Source: a virus
DNA length: 64,000 nt
Reading direction: 5' to 3' (one strand)
Virus record (IMG/VR): IMGVR_UViG_3300037840_000216
Span: 20,468-84,467 of that record
The notes under the pieces were generated by a model, which saw only the letters and a list, made by a program, of their open reading frames with translations, was not told the origin of the DNA and searched no databases. This document shows, in pieces, positions 1-9,563 of this stretch (within the stretch, counting starts at the first letter, position 1; each line of letters begins with the position of its first letter). The position numbers and the translations under genes were made by a program.

Positions 1-1336
1 CGATCACGTACTGGTGCTTCCACTTACCATCGGTGCTGTCTAGGAAGCGCCGCTTGTAAGCTACGCAGAAGATAGGCTCGGCGGAGGTCGTTGTCTCTCC
101 GATGATGCCGATCGTTCCGTTCGGAGCAATCGCACGAGTCTTGACGGGCCGACTGAGCTTGTGCTTGTCCGCCCATTCACCTGCGAGGTCTGTGGACTCC
201 GCGTATGCCTCCAACCAGTCGCGTAGCTCGGGCACCATTTCGTATCGGTAGCCACGCACAAGTAGCCACTCGTGCAGACCCATCAAGCCGAGCCCGAGAC
301 GACGGTTCTTCGCGCGGATCTCCTTCACCCTCTCGTATGGCACGTCTGAGTAGACGGTACCGGCGAGCAAGAAGAGAGTCGCTAGACGCACGACCTCTGC
401 GAACTCCTCGCGGCTGTGAATGCGGGCCATGTTGATCGAGCCGAGGTTGCATACGTCCGAGTCGTCTTCCGATGTGATCTCGGTGCAAGCGTTTCGCAAG
501 TTCTCGTTGACGTGCTCTCCGGTGTCGATGCTGAACCCAGGCTCGCCCGTCGCAACCATGTGCTCACAGGTGGTGTAGTAGACAGACTGGGCCAAGTCGT
601 GCTGCGGATGGTTGGGGTCCTCGAACGCGAGGAAGAAGTCATCGTTCAAGATGACGGAGATGTTTGTCATGTCGAGTGGCGCGGGTGCTTCATCACCTTT
701 CTCGACGGCTGCCTTCTTGGCTGCGACGATCTCCGGGGACCAGTCCTTGGCCTCGATCCATCTAAAGATGTCACCATGGTTCCAGTGAAGCCCAGCCCAG
801 ATGGCGGAGCGCCTGTGACCACCTTGCATAACGTGACGAGCGATCTCGTTGACCATCTTGGCAGGCGAGAGCGGTCCAGTTGCGAAGCCGCCAGTCTTCT
901 GAATCAAAGTGCCGTAGGGGCGCACGTCTGAGTAAACAGCCCCAATGCCGCCACCAGAAGAGAGTGACATGATAGCCTTGTGAACCAGGTCCGCCCAACC
1001 CTCGCGCGAATCTTCACAACGAAGGAGAAAACAGTTGTTGATCTGATGGATAGTGCGGCCAGAGGAGGCTAGGTAGCGACCGCCGGGAATGAACTTGCGC
1101 TGGATGATCAATCGGACTAGAGCCTGAAACTCGGGGTCCTTGTCGGTGTAGTTGAGTGCCCCCAGTACGTGACGCACTACGCGATAAGCGGTGTCGGGCC
1201 AGACCTCGATCGGCTCTTCGTCCTCGTCCTTCCATGAGTACTTGTCCATGTACTGCAACAAGGCCCACGGACCCATCTGTTCATCCTGCTCTTCAAAGTC
1301 GAAACCCGCCGTGGCGGGAAGTAGTGCTGCCTCCAT
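1..1336 (-). CDS. nrdJ: Class II (adenosylcobalamin-dependent) ribonucleotide reductase, 3' end outside window
   Basis: Manual translation from ATG 1336: MEAALLP...KFIPGGRYL...NNCFLL...GGGIGAVYS...QGGHRRSA...GEPGF...RNACTEI...CNLGSIN. These are RNR catalytic motifs. Missing from the ORF track because it runs off the edge. Confidence 0.9.
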   Translation of the reverse strand, partial: MEAALLPATAGFDFEEQDEQMGPWALLQYMDKYSWKDEDEEPIEVWPDTAYRVVRHVLGALNYTDKDPEFQALVRLIIQRKFIPGGRYLASSGRTIHQINNCFLLRCEDSREGWADLVHKAIMSLSSGGGIGAVYSDVRPYGTLIQKTGGFATGPLSPAKMVNEIARHVMQGGHRRSAIWAGLHWNHGDIFRWIEAKDWSPEIVAAKKAAVEKGDEAPAPLDMTNISVILNDDFFLAFEDPNHPQHDLAQSVYYTTCEHMVATGEPGFSIDTGEHVNENLRNACTEITSEDDSDVCNLGSINMARIHSREEFAEVVRLATLFLLAGTVYSDVPYERVKEIRAKNRRLGLGLMGLHEWLLVRGYRYEMVPELRDWLEAYAESTDLAGEWADKHKLSRPVKTRAIAPNGTIGIIGETTTSAEPIFCVAYKRRFLDSTDGKWKHQYVI

Positions 1337-1605
1337 GTGATCCTATCTTATCGTTGTGTGGGTTACTGTTCGCTCAGCTTATCAGAGGAGTGGCAACCCA
1401 AGCTACTCGCAACCAAATAAAAATTCCCCCTCCCCCTCCCCCTCCTCTCTCCTCTCGCGCTCTTCTCTCTCCGACCCCCTCCCCAGTATAGCGTACACAG
1501 ACAAACACTAAGTGTTTAGCAAAGGACTTGGGCCTGTTAGACACAGAAAACCGCCGAAGCACGCGCGAGCCCAAGTTGCTACCTCGCCGTGATAAACTTT
1601 CGCCG

Positions 1606-1917
1606 ATGTCGATCATCATGACTCAGCGATGTCTCTCTACCGAACCATGGTTCGAGATGTACGTGCCTTCCGCTACCGAACAGGGCAAGGAGTACCGTGT
1701 GTTGATGCCTTGGCCTGACGATGAAGTTGATGGTTTGGCCTGCGAATGTATGTCATTCGTCCATCGAGGGCACTGTCATCACCAGCAGATTGCCTTCGAC
1801 TTGTTGTGTCGCTGGACCTCTTTTGAGGGTCCCGAGAAGCAGACTCGCGAGCAACGTCGCAACCGCATCTGCCCTCGTTGCGAGGGTAAGACTGTGGCCG
1901 AGGCTGAGTTCGAGTGA
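1606..1917 (+). CDS. SWIM zinc-finger protein with C-terminal CxxC ribbon
   Basis: CECMSF..RGHCHH (CxC-xn-CxH SWIM pattern) plus CPRC. Confidence 0.65.
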   Translation: MSIIMTQRCLSTEPWFEMYVPSATEQGKEYRVLMPWPDDEVDGLACECMSFVHRGHCHHQQIAFDLLCRWTSFEGPEKQTREQRRNRICPRCEGKTVAEAEFE

Positions 1918-1941
1918 ACCTGAGTGATATGATGGACGATC

Positions 1942-2514
1942 ATGACTAACAACCTCACTCAGATCACCAAGACGCTTGGCAGCGCACACCGAGCAAAGTC
2001 CACTGCAGAAAAGGAACTCAAGGAGTCACGAACCAAGTTCTTCGATGCGGTCGATGAGGAGATCGTTGCCACCGAGACGCTCGCTCAGCAGACAGTTGAC
2101 ATCCCGGCCGATGTCGAGAGCGCAGAGGCGTACGTCACGCAGTTCTACCCAGGCTGGAGAATCGTCGGGGACGAGCTAAAGAAGGGCACAGATTCAGCCC
2201 TCATCGAAGAGGACCCGGCTTTCAAGAAGTTCGTCTACGTCAACCACGACGACGGGTATGTCTACCGGCGCAACGTCTCTCAGGGCGGACCGTCCTTGGA
2301 CAACGAGCGCCTCAAGGCAGAGAACCCGAAGCTCTGGAAGCGCATCACCGAAGAGAGGGTGCAACCGGCAACGAAAGTGCGCGTGCTCAAGGACCTAGAG
2401 GAAGTGGACAACAAGGATCTGGCAGCGATGCAAGAGTACTTCGTACCCGGCCCGATGACGGTCAAGCTCGACGCTCCTCGTAAAGCAAAGCCGGACGAGT
2501 TGGATGCGGCTTAG
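1942..2514 (+). CDS. Hypothetical phage protein
   Basis: 190-aa ORF with phage-like codon usage; abuts the next gene. Confidence 0.7.
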   Translation: MTNNLTQITKTLGSAHRAKSTAEKELKESRTKFFDAVDEEIVATETLAQQTVDIPADVESAEAYVTQFYPGWRIVGDELKKGTDSALIEEDPAFKKFVYVNHDDGYVYRRNVSQGGPSLDNERLKAENPKLWKRITEERVQPATKVRVLKDLEEVDNKDLAAMQEYFVPGPMTVKLDAPRKAKPDELDAA

Positions 2515-2805
2515 ATGCGAACCACCACCCGAGCCAATTGGAGATTTTCTTTCACAATCTCAGACTTGGGACGATTGCTTGGAAAGTCTCCGGTCACTCT
2601 CCGAGGCTGGGATGATCGAGGACTGGTCGATATCCCACGGGACCCTTCAGGGGACCGCAAGCTTGGATGTGCAGATATCCGTACGATTGCCGATCAAGCT
2701 TTCGAGCTTGGTCGTATCAATCGTCGCCGTGCCAATCTAGTGCATGCTACTATGACTCTCATAGAGCAGATCGAAGCAGAGAATAACTGGAGAGCAAAGG
2801 AATGA
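2515..2805 (+). CDS. MerR-like helix-turn-helix DNA-binding protein
   Basis: FTISDLGRLLGKSPVTLRGWDDRGL..PRDPSGDR matches the MerR/excisionase HTH pattern. Confidence 0.75.
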   Translation: MRTTTRANWRFSFTISDLGRLLGKSPVTLRGWDDRGLVDIPRDPSGDRKLGCADIRTIADQAFELGRINRRRANLVHATMTLIEQIEAENNWRAKE

Positions 2806-3014
2806 ACCCGCCTCGCATCAAGATCGTCAGCGACGGTCACGCTTCAGGTACAAAAGCGTACGTGGAAGACGATGACGGCAAAATCACCTACATTCCAAAT
2901 ATAGTTAGAGCGTATTGGCATGTTCATGCAGGGTCCCCGGCACAAGCAACGCTAGATCTCATCAACGTCGAGGTAGACATCCTTGGCGAGAAGAATGAAA
3001 CCAAAGATGACTGA
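2802..3014 (+). CDS. Hypothetical protein
   Basis: ATGA-coupled to the upstream gene; 70 aa. Confidence 0.6.
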   Translation: MNPPRIKIVSDGHASGTKAYVEDDDGKITYIPNIVRAYWHVHAGSPAQATLDLINVEVDILGEKNETKDD

Positions 3015-3651
3015 TCTGCGCATAGGAATTCTTGGAGCACCCGGAGCAGGCAAGAGCACTTTTGCCAAAGCTCTAGCCACCAAGCTACGGTCTGAGAAAG
3101 GCGGCGTCACACGTCAGACGGTCAAGGTCGTGGATGGCTACATGGATAGCCTCATCAAGCGTACCGGCTATGCCTTCGACATCTTTGCCACCTACCCGCA
3201 GAACTATCAGATCCTCTTCGAGCGCTGGACCAGGGAACAAGAGGCTGAACATGCCGGGTGCGAGATACTGATCACGACCGGCTCACTCTACGAAACGATC
3301 CTCTACACGGCGCTTCGCGTCAACTCGGATATCGTGCTTAAAGAGGACTCCACTGTGCAGCTACAGGGACGCGCCGCCATGGAAATGCTTGGGGTCACGC
3401 AGTCACTCATCGCCACACACGATCTGCTACTATTCTTGCCGTATGATGGCAATATACTCACTGAGAAGGGTCACTCGTACGATGTGGCCATCAATGAGAA
3501 GCTACCCGGCGTCGTCGCGGGGTACTTCCGCCCGCTCACAGAACTCACCGGCACAACGAAGAGGAAGGTAGCTGATGCCGTCCAAGCAATCCAAGCCATC
3601 GAACGTACCAAGTCCGCTCTCGCTGCGGCGGATCAACAATCGGCAGTTTGA
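3007..3651 (+). CDS. P-loop nucleotide kinase / AAA-type NTPase
   Basis: N-terminal Walker A GAPGAGKST with NMP-kinase-like layout. Confidence 0.7.
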   Translation: MTDLRIGILGAPGAGKSTFAKALATKLRSEKGGVTRQTVKVVDGYMDSLIKRTGYAFDIFATYPQNYQILFERWTREQEAEHAGCEILITTGSLYETILYTALRVNSDIVLKEDSTVQLQGRAAMEMLGVTQSLIATHDLLLFLPYDGNILTEKGHSYDVAINEKLPGVVAGYFRPLTELTGTTKRKVADAVQAIQAIERTKSALAAADQQSAV

Positions 3652-4429
3652 CGAGATCGAATCGCTGATCAGGAAGTCGTCCTTGATCAAGCTCGGTCAG
3701 TGCCCGACGTGTGAAGCCAAGGCCGAACATGTTGCGGAGGCTCTGATCTGGCCGACTGACAGCACCTATTTCTACGACGACAAGGATCACCCCTGCAACT
3801 GCGCAGAACAAGAGACGCTATTCCGTCACTACATGCTCGCGCGTATCCCTGAGGAGTACATGCGCCTCGGCGTAGATACCTATTGGGGGGATCCTGATGC
3901 AATGGCGGCGGCGCTCGCGTACATCGAGAACTGGCCTAAGCTACGCAGATACGGACTCGGCATCGGCTTCTATTCCAAGGCGCAAGGTACAGGTAAGACC
4001 TTCCTCGCGATGATGATTGCGCGCGAGCTAGTCAAGCAAGGCGAGTCGGTTCATTGTATCTTCTTCCGGCGCATGGTCGAAATCTACGATTTGGATGTGA
4101 AGGAACGCCGATTCGAAGAGGAGCGTATCCGCGACTGCACAGTGCTCGTGTTGGACGAGGTAGCGCGTCCGGTGTCCGAGGCTCAGCGTGCCCTTTTTGC
4201 GGAGAAGTTCGAGGAGTTGATTAGGCATCGGAGCAACTACAACAAAGTCACGATCCTGACGACCAATATGGAGCCCGACGAGCTTGACACTATTTACCCA
4301 CGTACATACTCACTACTCGCAGCCAAGGAGGAGTCGGTCTATGTCAACGGCACGGACGTACGCAAGGAGAACCTGAACAATCTCAACAAGGAACTCGCCC
4401 TGAACGGCGAAATCCGTACTATCATTTAG
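3575..4429 (+). CDS. DnaC/IstB-like helicase loader ATPase
   Basis: N-terminal CPTC..CNC, Walker A QGTGKT, Walker B VLVLDEV, TILTTN; lies upstream of DnaB. Confidence 0.85.
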   Translation: MPSKQSKPSNVPSPLSLRRINNRQFDEIESLIRKSSLIKLGQCPTCEAKAEHVAEALIWPTDSTYFYDDKDHPCNCAEQETLFRHYMLARIPEEYMRLGVDTYWGDPDAMAAALAYIENWPKLRRYGLGIGFYSKAQGTGKTFLAMMIARELVKQGESVHCIFFRRMVEIYDLDVKERRFEEERIRDCTVLVLDEVARPVSEAQRALFAEKFEELIRHRSNYNKVTILTTNMEPDELDTIYPRTYSLLAAKEESVYVNGTDVRKENLNNLNKELALNGEIRTII

Positions 4430-4437
4430 GAGGCATC

Positions 4438-4965
4438 ATGTGGTTCGTAGTCAGTAAGAAACGTTATTACGAGCATCTTAACCAATGGGGTCTTGCAGAA
4501 CGCAAACGACAAGCGAAAATAGGTGAGCTAGAAAAGACGATCGAAGACCAAGACGCACGCCCGCGCAGCACGGAACGAGAGAAGGTCTTGCAAGATCTGC
4601 AAGAAGCGTTCAACTTGATCCTTGGGTACCAGCGGGCGCTTACCATCGTCGGAGGGGCCGATCCTCAGATCTCCAAGGCTAACGCTCTGCTGGAGCGATA
4701 CGGATTGCAAGGCGAGGCTAGCGCCTCATATTTGGGGTTCAAGCGCGTAGAGGGATTCAAAGAGCCGCGCGCTGAGGAGTCGCCGAAGCGACTTTCACCC
4801 GAGTGGTGGGCGCAAGAAGAGAAGCGCTGGGGCACAGAGGCATACGGCAACGCCAACGTACGTATCGAGGCTGAGGCTATCGATGACGGCGATGACAAGG
4901 AGCCCGGTTATACCCGCGCGGTGGTGCGATTCGTGGACCTCGACGCAGAGCCCGACGCATCTTGA
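4438..4965 (+). CDS. Hypothetical protein
   Basis: AGGAGG RBS; 175-aa ORF. Confidence 0.7.
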   Translation: MWFVVSKKRYYEHLNQWGLAERKRQAKIGELEKTIEDQDARPRSTEREKVLQDLQEAFNLILGYQRALTIVGGADPQISKANALLERYGLQGEASASYLGFKRVEGFKEPRAEESPKRLSPEWWAQEEKRWGTEAYGNANVRIEAEAIDDGDDKEPGYTRAVVRFVDLDAEPDAS

Positions 4966-4986
4966 CCTGCTACGATCAAGACCGCA

Positions 4987-5049
4987 ATGGCTGTTGACCT
5001 AGACATAGAGCTTCTAAGTCACCTCGATGTTGTTCTAGTTGAGGTCTAA
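4987..5049 (+). pseudogene. Orphan recoded duplicate of the DnaB N-terminus (MAVDLDIELLSHL...)
   Basis: 20-codon ORF whose first 13 aa are 12/13 identical to the start of the helicase at 5051. Confidence 0.75.
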
Positions 5050-5050
5050 T

Positions 5051-6268
5051 ATGGCCGTAGATCTCGATGTCGAGTTGCTATCACATTTGCCAGATCCAGA
5101 GGCATGGGTTGTGCTCCGTGGTGAGAAATTCCGCGATGTCTTGATTGAGGATGATGCTGTTCGCACGATCTACCAGTGGGCGGACCAGCACTACCGGGAG
5201 CACAAACAGATAGCAACCTCGGCCGTTCTGGATGAGGAGTTTGAGATCGATTTCACCACGCCGGAGACGGCCATTGGTGATCTGATCGATCGTATGCGCG
5301 AACGCTACATGAAAAACCAAGGCCGCGAGTCTGTGCGCGCCATTGGGGAGCAGTTCAAAGAGGACCCATCCGGCGTTCCCAAGCTGCTGCTCCAGAAGGG
5401 TAAGGAGCTAACCGATCTGCTCACTCGGCACGGGGAAATGTACGGCACCGGGGATTTTGACCGTACGCTTAAGGGATATTTGGACAAGGCAACCAAAGGA
5501 CCAGGGCCAAGCCTTGGGTTTAAGACCTTGGATGATTATTTTCATGGTCAAAGAGGAATTACCATTTATGCAGGTCCCCCAAAGCATTGGAAGTCGTGGT
5601 GTATGGTCAAGGGTGTAATTGAAAACGTCTTTCAAGGTACCTATCCGTGGCTTTACCCGCTAGAGCTTCCCGCTGAGGAAACGAACATGCGCCTGATCTG
5701 TATGATCTCGGACATCCCGTGGCACAAGTACATCCACAACACCATCACGCGCGACGAGCAGAAGATGATGAGAGAGATAGCTAAAAACCTGGACGAAATG
5801 GGTATATATAAGATTGTCCAGCCACCACAGGGCGAACGTTCACCTGACGAGTTGATTGGGAAAGCGCAAGATGCCGGGGCAGGTTCAATTTGGGTCGATC
5901 AACTTCAGTACGTAGAGATCGGTGGTAAGTCGCTAGGGGCATGGAATGAGACGGGCAAGTATTGGGAGGTACTTGATCGTTCGCGTAATCTTACAGATGA
6001 CATTTGTTTTGCTCATCAATTTAATCGCTCTGTAATAAATGCAGATAAAATGCCTTCGATTCAGCAACTAAAGGGCTCGTCCGCTATAGAGGAGACGGCA
6101 ACTTTGGTTCTCGGTCTATGGGCTAGTAAAGAGATGCGCAAGTCTAAGCGTTTTGAAATCGGTACTCTTGCCTCGCGTAACCATGACTTCTGTAACTGGG
6201 AAGTCGAAGTGGATCTGACGCGCCGCTGCAACTTCGAGATCGTCGGCGTGGTAGAGGACGATGAATGA
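5051..6268 (+). CDS. dnaB: Replicative DnaB-like helicase
   Basis: Walker A-like GPPKHWKS, LELP, Walker B WVDQLQ, HQFNR, KGSSAIEETA. Confidence 0.85.
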   Translation: MAVDLDVELLSHLPDPEAWVVLRGEKFRDVLIEDDAVRTIYQWADQHYREHKQIATSAVLDEEFEIDFTTPETAIGDLIDRMRERYMKNQGRESVRAIGEQFKEDPSGVPKLLLQKGKELTDLLTRHGEMYGTGDFDRTLKGYLDKATKGPGPSLGFKTLDDYFHGQRGITIYAGPPKHWKSWCMVKGVIENVFQGTYPWLYPLELPAEETNMRLICMISDIPWHKYIHNTITRDEQKMMREIAKNLDEMGIYKIVQPPQGERSPDELIGKAQDAGAGSIWVDQLQYVEIGGKSLGAWNETGKYWEVLDRSRNLTDDICFAHQFNRSVINADKMPSIQQLKGSSAIEETATLVLGLWASKEMRKSKRFEIGTLASRNHDFCNWEVEVDLTRRCNFEIVGVVEDDE

Positions 6269-6542
6269 GGTCAGGATCACACGACGCAGGAGAGCGGTGG
6301 AAGACCCGTCTCCTATCCCTAGCTGGCTAGACAACCCTGAGGAGATTGGGCCGTGTCCGTGTGGCAACCCTCCCGACGACGCCTGTATGTTGATCGAGGG
6401 CGACGCTCCGCTCAGTAGGTGGTTCCACATGGGGTGTTTGGACTTCCTGGAGAAAGAGATGGACGAGGAGGAAATCGAGGAAAAGCGCGCCTGGGAACAC
6501 CATGTGAAACGCATGCAAGAAGGAGAGGACGACGATGAGTAG
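6261..6542 (+). CDS. Hypothetical Cys/His-containing protein
   Basis: Overlaps the flanking genes; CPCG..C..H..C. Confidence 0.6.
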   Translation: MNEVRITRRRRAVEDPSPIPSWLDNPEEIGPCPCGNPPDDACMLIEGDAPLSRWFHMGCLDFLEKEMDEEEIEEKRAWEHHVKRMQEGEDDDE

Positions 6543-7635
6543 GCATAAACTGGAGTACCGAGACTTCGTAGATGCCATCGATCTTGACGTTTTCGAGGAG
6601 GCGATCGGATTTGAACCTCTAGAACATCGTAACGGCGAGGATATCGGCTACTGTCCAGACTTTTGGGGCTTGCATAAGCATGGAGATACAACAGGCAAGT
6701 TCGCCATCAATCGCGAGAAGCGCGTCTACCATTGTTTTGTTTGTTCGGGAGGAACGCTTCTTTCATTGGCTATGGAGCATAACCAGATGGATGAAGAGAC
6801 AGCGACCGAGTGGCTCTATCAGTTTGCCCATGGTGACACTCGTACCGACACTGAATTCGTGGATGACTTTATGAAACTGCTCGATGACTACGCGGAGAAG
6901 AAGGGTGACAGGATGCCCTACTTCAACGAGCACGTTCTGAAACAGTTCGACGCGGCCTACCATGCGCTCGACCTGGATGGTGAGCCTATTTCTTGGTACG
7001 AGGAGCGTGGCATCTCCGAAGAGATTCAGCAGGCGTATCGTCTCTGTTACGGCGCGAACCACAAGAAGGTCGCTCCCATCCGGGGAGGAGAGAAGATCGC
7101 TGAGGACTACTTCGGGCCGTGCATTGCCTTCCCGCACTTCTGGGAGGGCCGACTGGTCGGATGGCAACATCGCTGGCTCAACCATGGCAAAGACACGCCC
7201 AAGTGGCTCCCCAAGTACACAAACACCAGCGACTTCCCCAAAAAACAGACCCTCTACAACTACGATCGGGCGATCAAACATCCTGCTAGCCGAGTGGTGG
7301 TGGTGGAGTCATGCCCAACAGCAGGCTTCCTCGAAAGCATGAAAATCCCTGCCGTGGGTGCCTTCGGATCGGGGATTACCGAGGGACAGCTACGTCTCTT
7401 GCGCCGCTTTACGGAGGGAGTGATCTTCGCACCCGACAACGACAAGCCTGGTGTCAAGTTCGCCAACATCGGTCGCGCCTACCTAGAGCGCTACATTGAC
7501 GTGACTGTGCTGAAGCCCGTGGAGCTAGGCGAGGGTGCCGATCTGGGCGACTATATGAAAACCGATGACCCCGTGGGCAATCTGTACGACCACTTGGAAA
7601 CAGCCGTAGAGGACGATGTTTTCGGGATCTTCTGA
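6535..7635 (+). CDS. dnaG: DNA primase (CHC2 zinc finger + Toprim)
   Basis: CP..H......F.IN......CFVC zinc finger; KYTN; VVVES; PDNDKPG Toprim motif. Confidence 0.9.
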   Translation: MSRHKLEYRDFVDAIDLDVFEEAIGFEPLEHRNGEDIGYCPDFWGLHKHGDTTGKFAINREKRVYHCFVCSGGTLLSLAMEHNQMDEETATEWLYQFAHGDTRTDTEFVDDFMKLLDDYAEKKGDRMPYFNEHVLKQFDAAYHALDLDGEPISWYEERGISEEIQQAYRLCYGANHKKVAPIRGGEKIAEDYFGPCIAFPHFWEGRLVGWQHRWLNHGKDTPKWLPKYTNTSDFPKKQTLYNYDRAIKHPASRVVVVESCPTAGFLESMKIPAVGAFGSGITEGQLRLLRRFTEGVIFAPDNDKPGVKFANIGRAYLERYIDVTVLKPVELGEGADLGDYMKTDDPVGNLYDHLETAVEDDVFGIF

Positions 7636-7648
7636 GAGCTAATAGGTG

Positions 7649-7807
7649 ATGGGATTTACGAAGACACAGAGTGTTGAGAAGGCGGAGGTCTTGACCCCCG
7701 ATGAACATCAACATATCTTCCAGGGTCTTCGTAAACTGGGCAAGACCTCAGTAAAAGACCTTACTGAGGTCGAGCGTAAGCGTCTGCTAGACTCTCCATC
7801 AGAGTAA
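7649..7807 (+). CDS. Small hypothetical protein (52 aa, MGFTKTQSVEK...)
   Basis: Manual translation; AGGTG RBS; fills the gap between primase and SSB. Confidence 0.55.
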   Translation: MGFTKTQSVEKAEVLTPDEHQHIFQGLRKLGKTSVKDLTEVERKRLLDSPSE

Positions 7808-7889
7808 TCTAGTTCGGTCCAGAAGGATCCTGCTACACTCATAACGACAACGGCAATCGGGCTATGCCCGGCCAAAGGAGAAAGACTAG

Positions 7890-8975
7890 ATGTCTGAAAT
7901 TCGACGAGGTTCCGCAGCAATCCAGGACGCAGCTAAATCGTCCGACGGCGGTGAGTTCCGCCCCTTCCTTCCGTCGATCTACTGGAAGGATGACCAAGAG
8001 GAGCATTACGTCCTCTTCCTCAATGAGGTAGATGACATGCCGCTCTTCGACATGATCCAGTATATTCCGACGGACAGCGGCTTCTTCCAGGAAACTGTGT
8101 CGAAGACCGACCCGTTCTTCGGAGAGCGCGGCGATGGATTCGTGGACGATTGGGATGCCACCGTGCGCAAAACCAACGTCGCCATCGCAGTCGAGCTTGA
8201 GCCCATCGTGGAGATCGTGAACAAACGTCGCAAGCCGCGTGGCTTCGAGGTCAAGACAATCGAGTACGAGCGTCGTATCTTCGATGATGACGGCGAGGCT
8301 ACTGGCGAGACAGAAGAAGTGACCGCTCCGGCTATTGGGTATGTAGCCCAGAGCCCGAACAACTTCTTCAACCAGATCAGCAACTATGATGTCAACGAGT
8401 ATCCGGTCACCGCGACGGCGCTGAAGATTACCCGCATTGGCAAGGACAAGTCCACGACCTACCAGCTTGTCGGTTATGACGAACTGCCGATCGATCTGTC
8501 CAATCTCGTCGGGTACATCGACGGCATCAGCTACCTGGGCGACGAGCTAACCCCTCTCCTGGATGAGATCGAGGATCTTTCCCCGGAGGATGCGGCTCTT
8601 GCCATCGGCAAGAAGCTCCTTGACAAACGCGAAGAGGAGTTGATCGATGACGAGCGTTACCAGGAGTTGCTTGGTGGCGTCACGGAGTCGATGGACAAGT
8701 TCGGCAACAAGAAAAAGAAAAACAAGAAGGACAAAGACCCCCCGAGGAGCCGCGCTGCTTCGCGTCGTACGACGAAAGCGAAGGAGGCGGAGCCAGAGGA
8801 CGCATCAGGAGATGAGCCGGGCGAGCCTGCATCTGACTCTGAGCCGACCGAGGAGGCGGAGTCTGCTCGCAAAGCGAAAGCGGCCAAAAAAGCAGCTTCG
8901 ACTAAACAGACTCCTGAGACGCGCATGGCAGAGTTGCGCGCCAAGGCAGCCGAGAGAGCAGCAGCGCGAAAGTAA
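7890..8975 (+). CDS. Probable single-stranded DNA-binding protein
   Basis: Position in the replication cluster; KITRIGKDKSTTY pattern typical of phage gp32-like SSBs; charged low-complexity tail. Confidence 0.55.
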   Translation: MSEIRRGSAAIQDAAKSSDGGEFRPFLPSIYWKDDQEEHYVLFLNEVDDMPLFDMIQYIPTDSGFFQETVSKTDPFFGERGDGFVDDWDATVRKTNVAIAVELEPIVEIVNKRRKPRGFEVKTIEYERRIFDDDGEATGETEEVTAPAIGYVAQSPNNFFNQISNYDVNEYPVTATALKITRIGKDKSTTYQLVGYDELPIDLSNLVGYIDGISYLGDELTPLLDEIEDLSPEDAALAIGKKLLDKREEELIDDERYQELLGGVTESMDKFGNKKKKNKKDKDPPRSRAASRRTTKAKEAEPEDASGDEPGEPASDSEPTEEAESARKAKAAKKAASTKQTPETRMAELRAKAAERAAARK

Positions 8976-8980
8976 CGCGC

Positions 8981-9427
8981 GTGCTTGATCCGCAAGGACC
9001 ATATGCCCTATTCACCGATGGGTCGGCCTATTACAAAGACGGCTCCGGTGGATGGGCATATGTAATCATCGATCGTTTCGGAAACGAGGAGATTGGCTCT
9101 GGCTATGTCTCTGATACAACGAACAATCGTATGGAGATGCAGGCGTGGATCGAGGGCTTGAATCATTTGGTCGAGACTCTTGGTCCGTGCAGTGTCCTTG
9201 TCTACAGTGACAGCCAATACGTAGGAAACGGAGCTTTGCGTCTATATCCGTCGCCCGATATGGGACGATCAAAAAACCAGGATCTATGGATTGAGATCGA
9301 TGAGGCCATTGACCAACACCAATCGGTAGAGTTCGTATGGGTCAAGGGACATCACGAGAGCCGTTACAATCAACTAGTTGATGAGCTAGCCGGAAACGCG
9401 AGACGTAATGGTATTCAAGAGATTTAG
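8981..9427 (+). CDS. rnhA: Ribonuclease HI
   Basis: FTDGS, GGWA, TNNRME, SDSQYV, NQDLW, WVKGH, N..VDELA. Confidence 0.93.
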   Translation: MLDPQGPYALFTDGSAYYKDGSGGWAYVIIDRFGNEEIGSGYVSDTTNNRMEMQAWIEGLNHLVETLGPCSVLVYSDSQYVGNGALRLYPSPDMGRSKNQDLWIEIDEAIDQHQSVEFVWVKGHHESRYNQLVDELAGNARRNGIQEI

Positions 9428-9563
9428 ACGCAGACGCATCGAACGAAAACTCTATTGGCTTAGGTGGGAGCAGGATCATTTTGAGTGGTACTGGCCTCCT
9501 TCTCGTATGCATACGGAATTGAAAATTCGCTCACTCGAAGAACGATTGCTGCGATTTATATGA
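9408..9563 (+). CDS. Small basic hypothetical protein (51 aa, MVFKRFRRRR...)
   Basis: Manual translation; stop overlaps the dnaE start (ATGA). Confidence 0.5.
   Translation: MVFKRFRRRRIERKLYWLRWEQDHFEWYWPPSRMHTELKIRSLEERLLRFI

Noticed and set aside
61-1491. Short ORFs listed in the track over 61-1491
   Set aside because: They are alternative frames of the minus-strand nrdJ gene, which is open to the window edge.
9485-9559. Longer dnaE start at GTG 9485
   Set aside because: The PHP motif begins right after ATG 9560, which is ATGA-coupled to a small upstream ORF.
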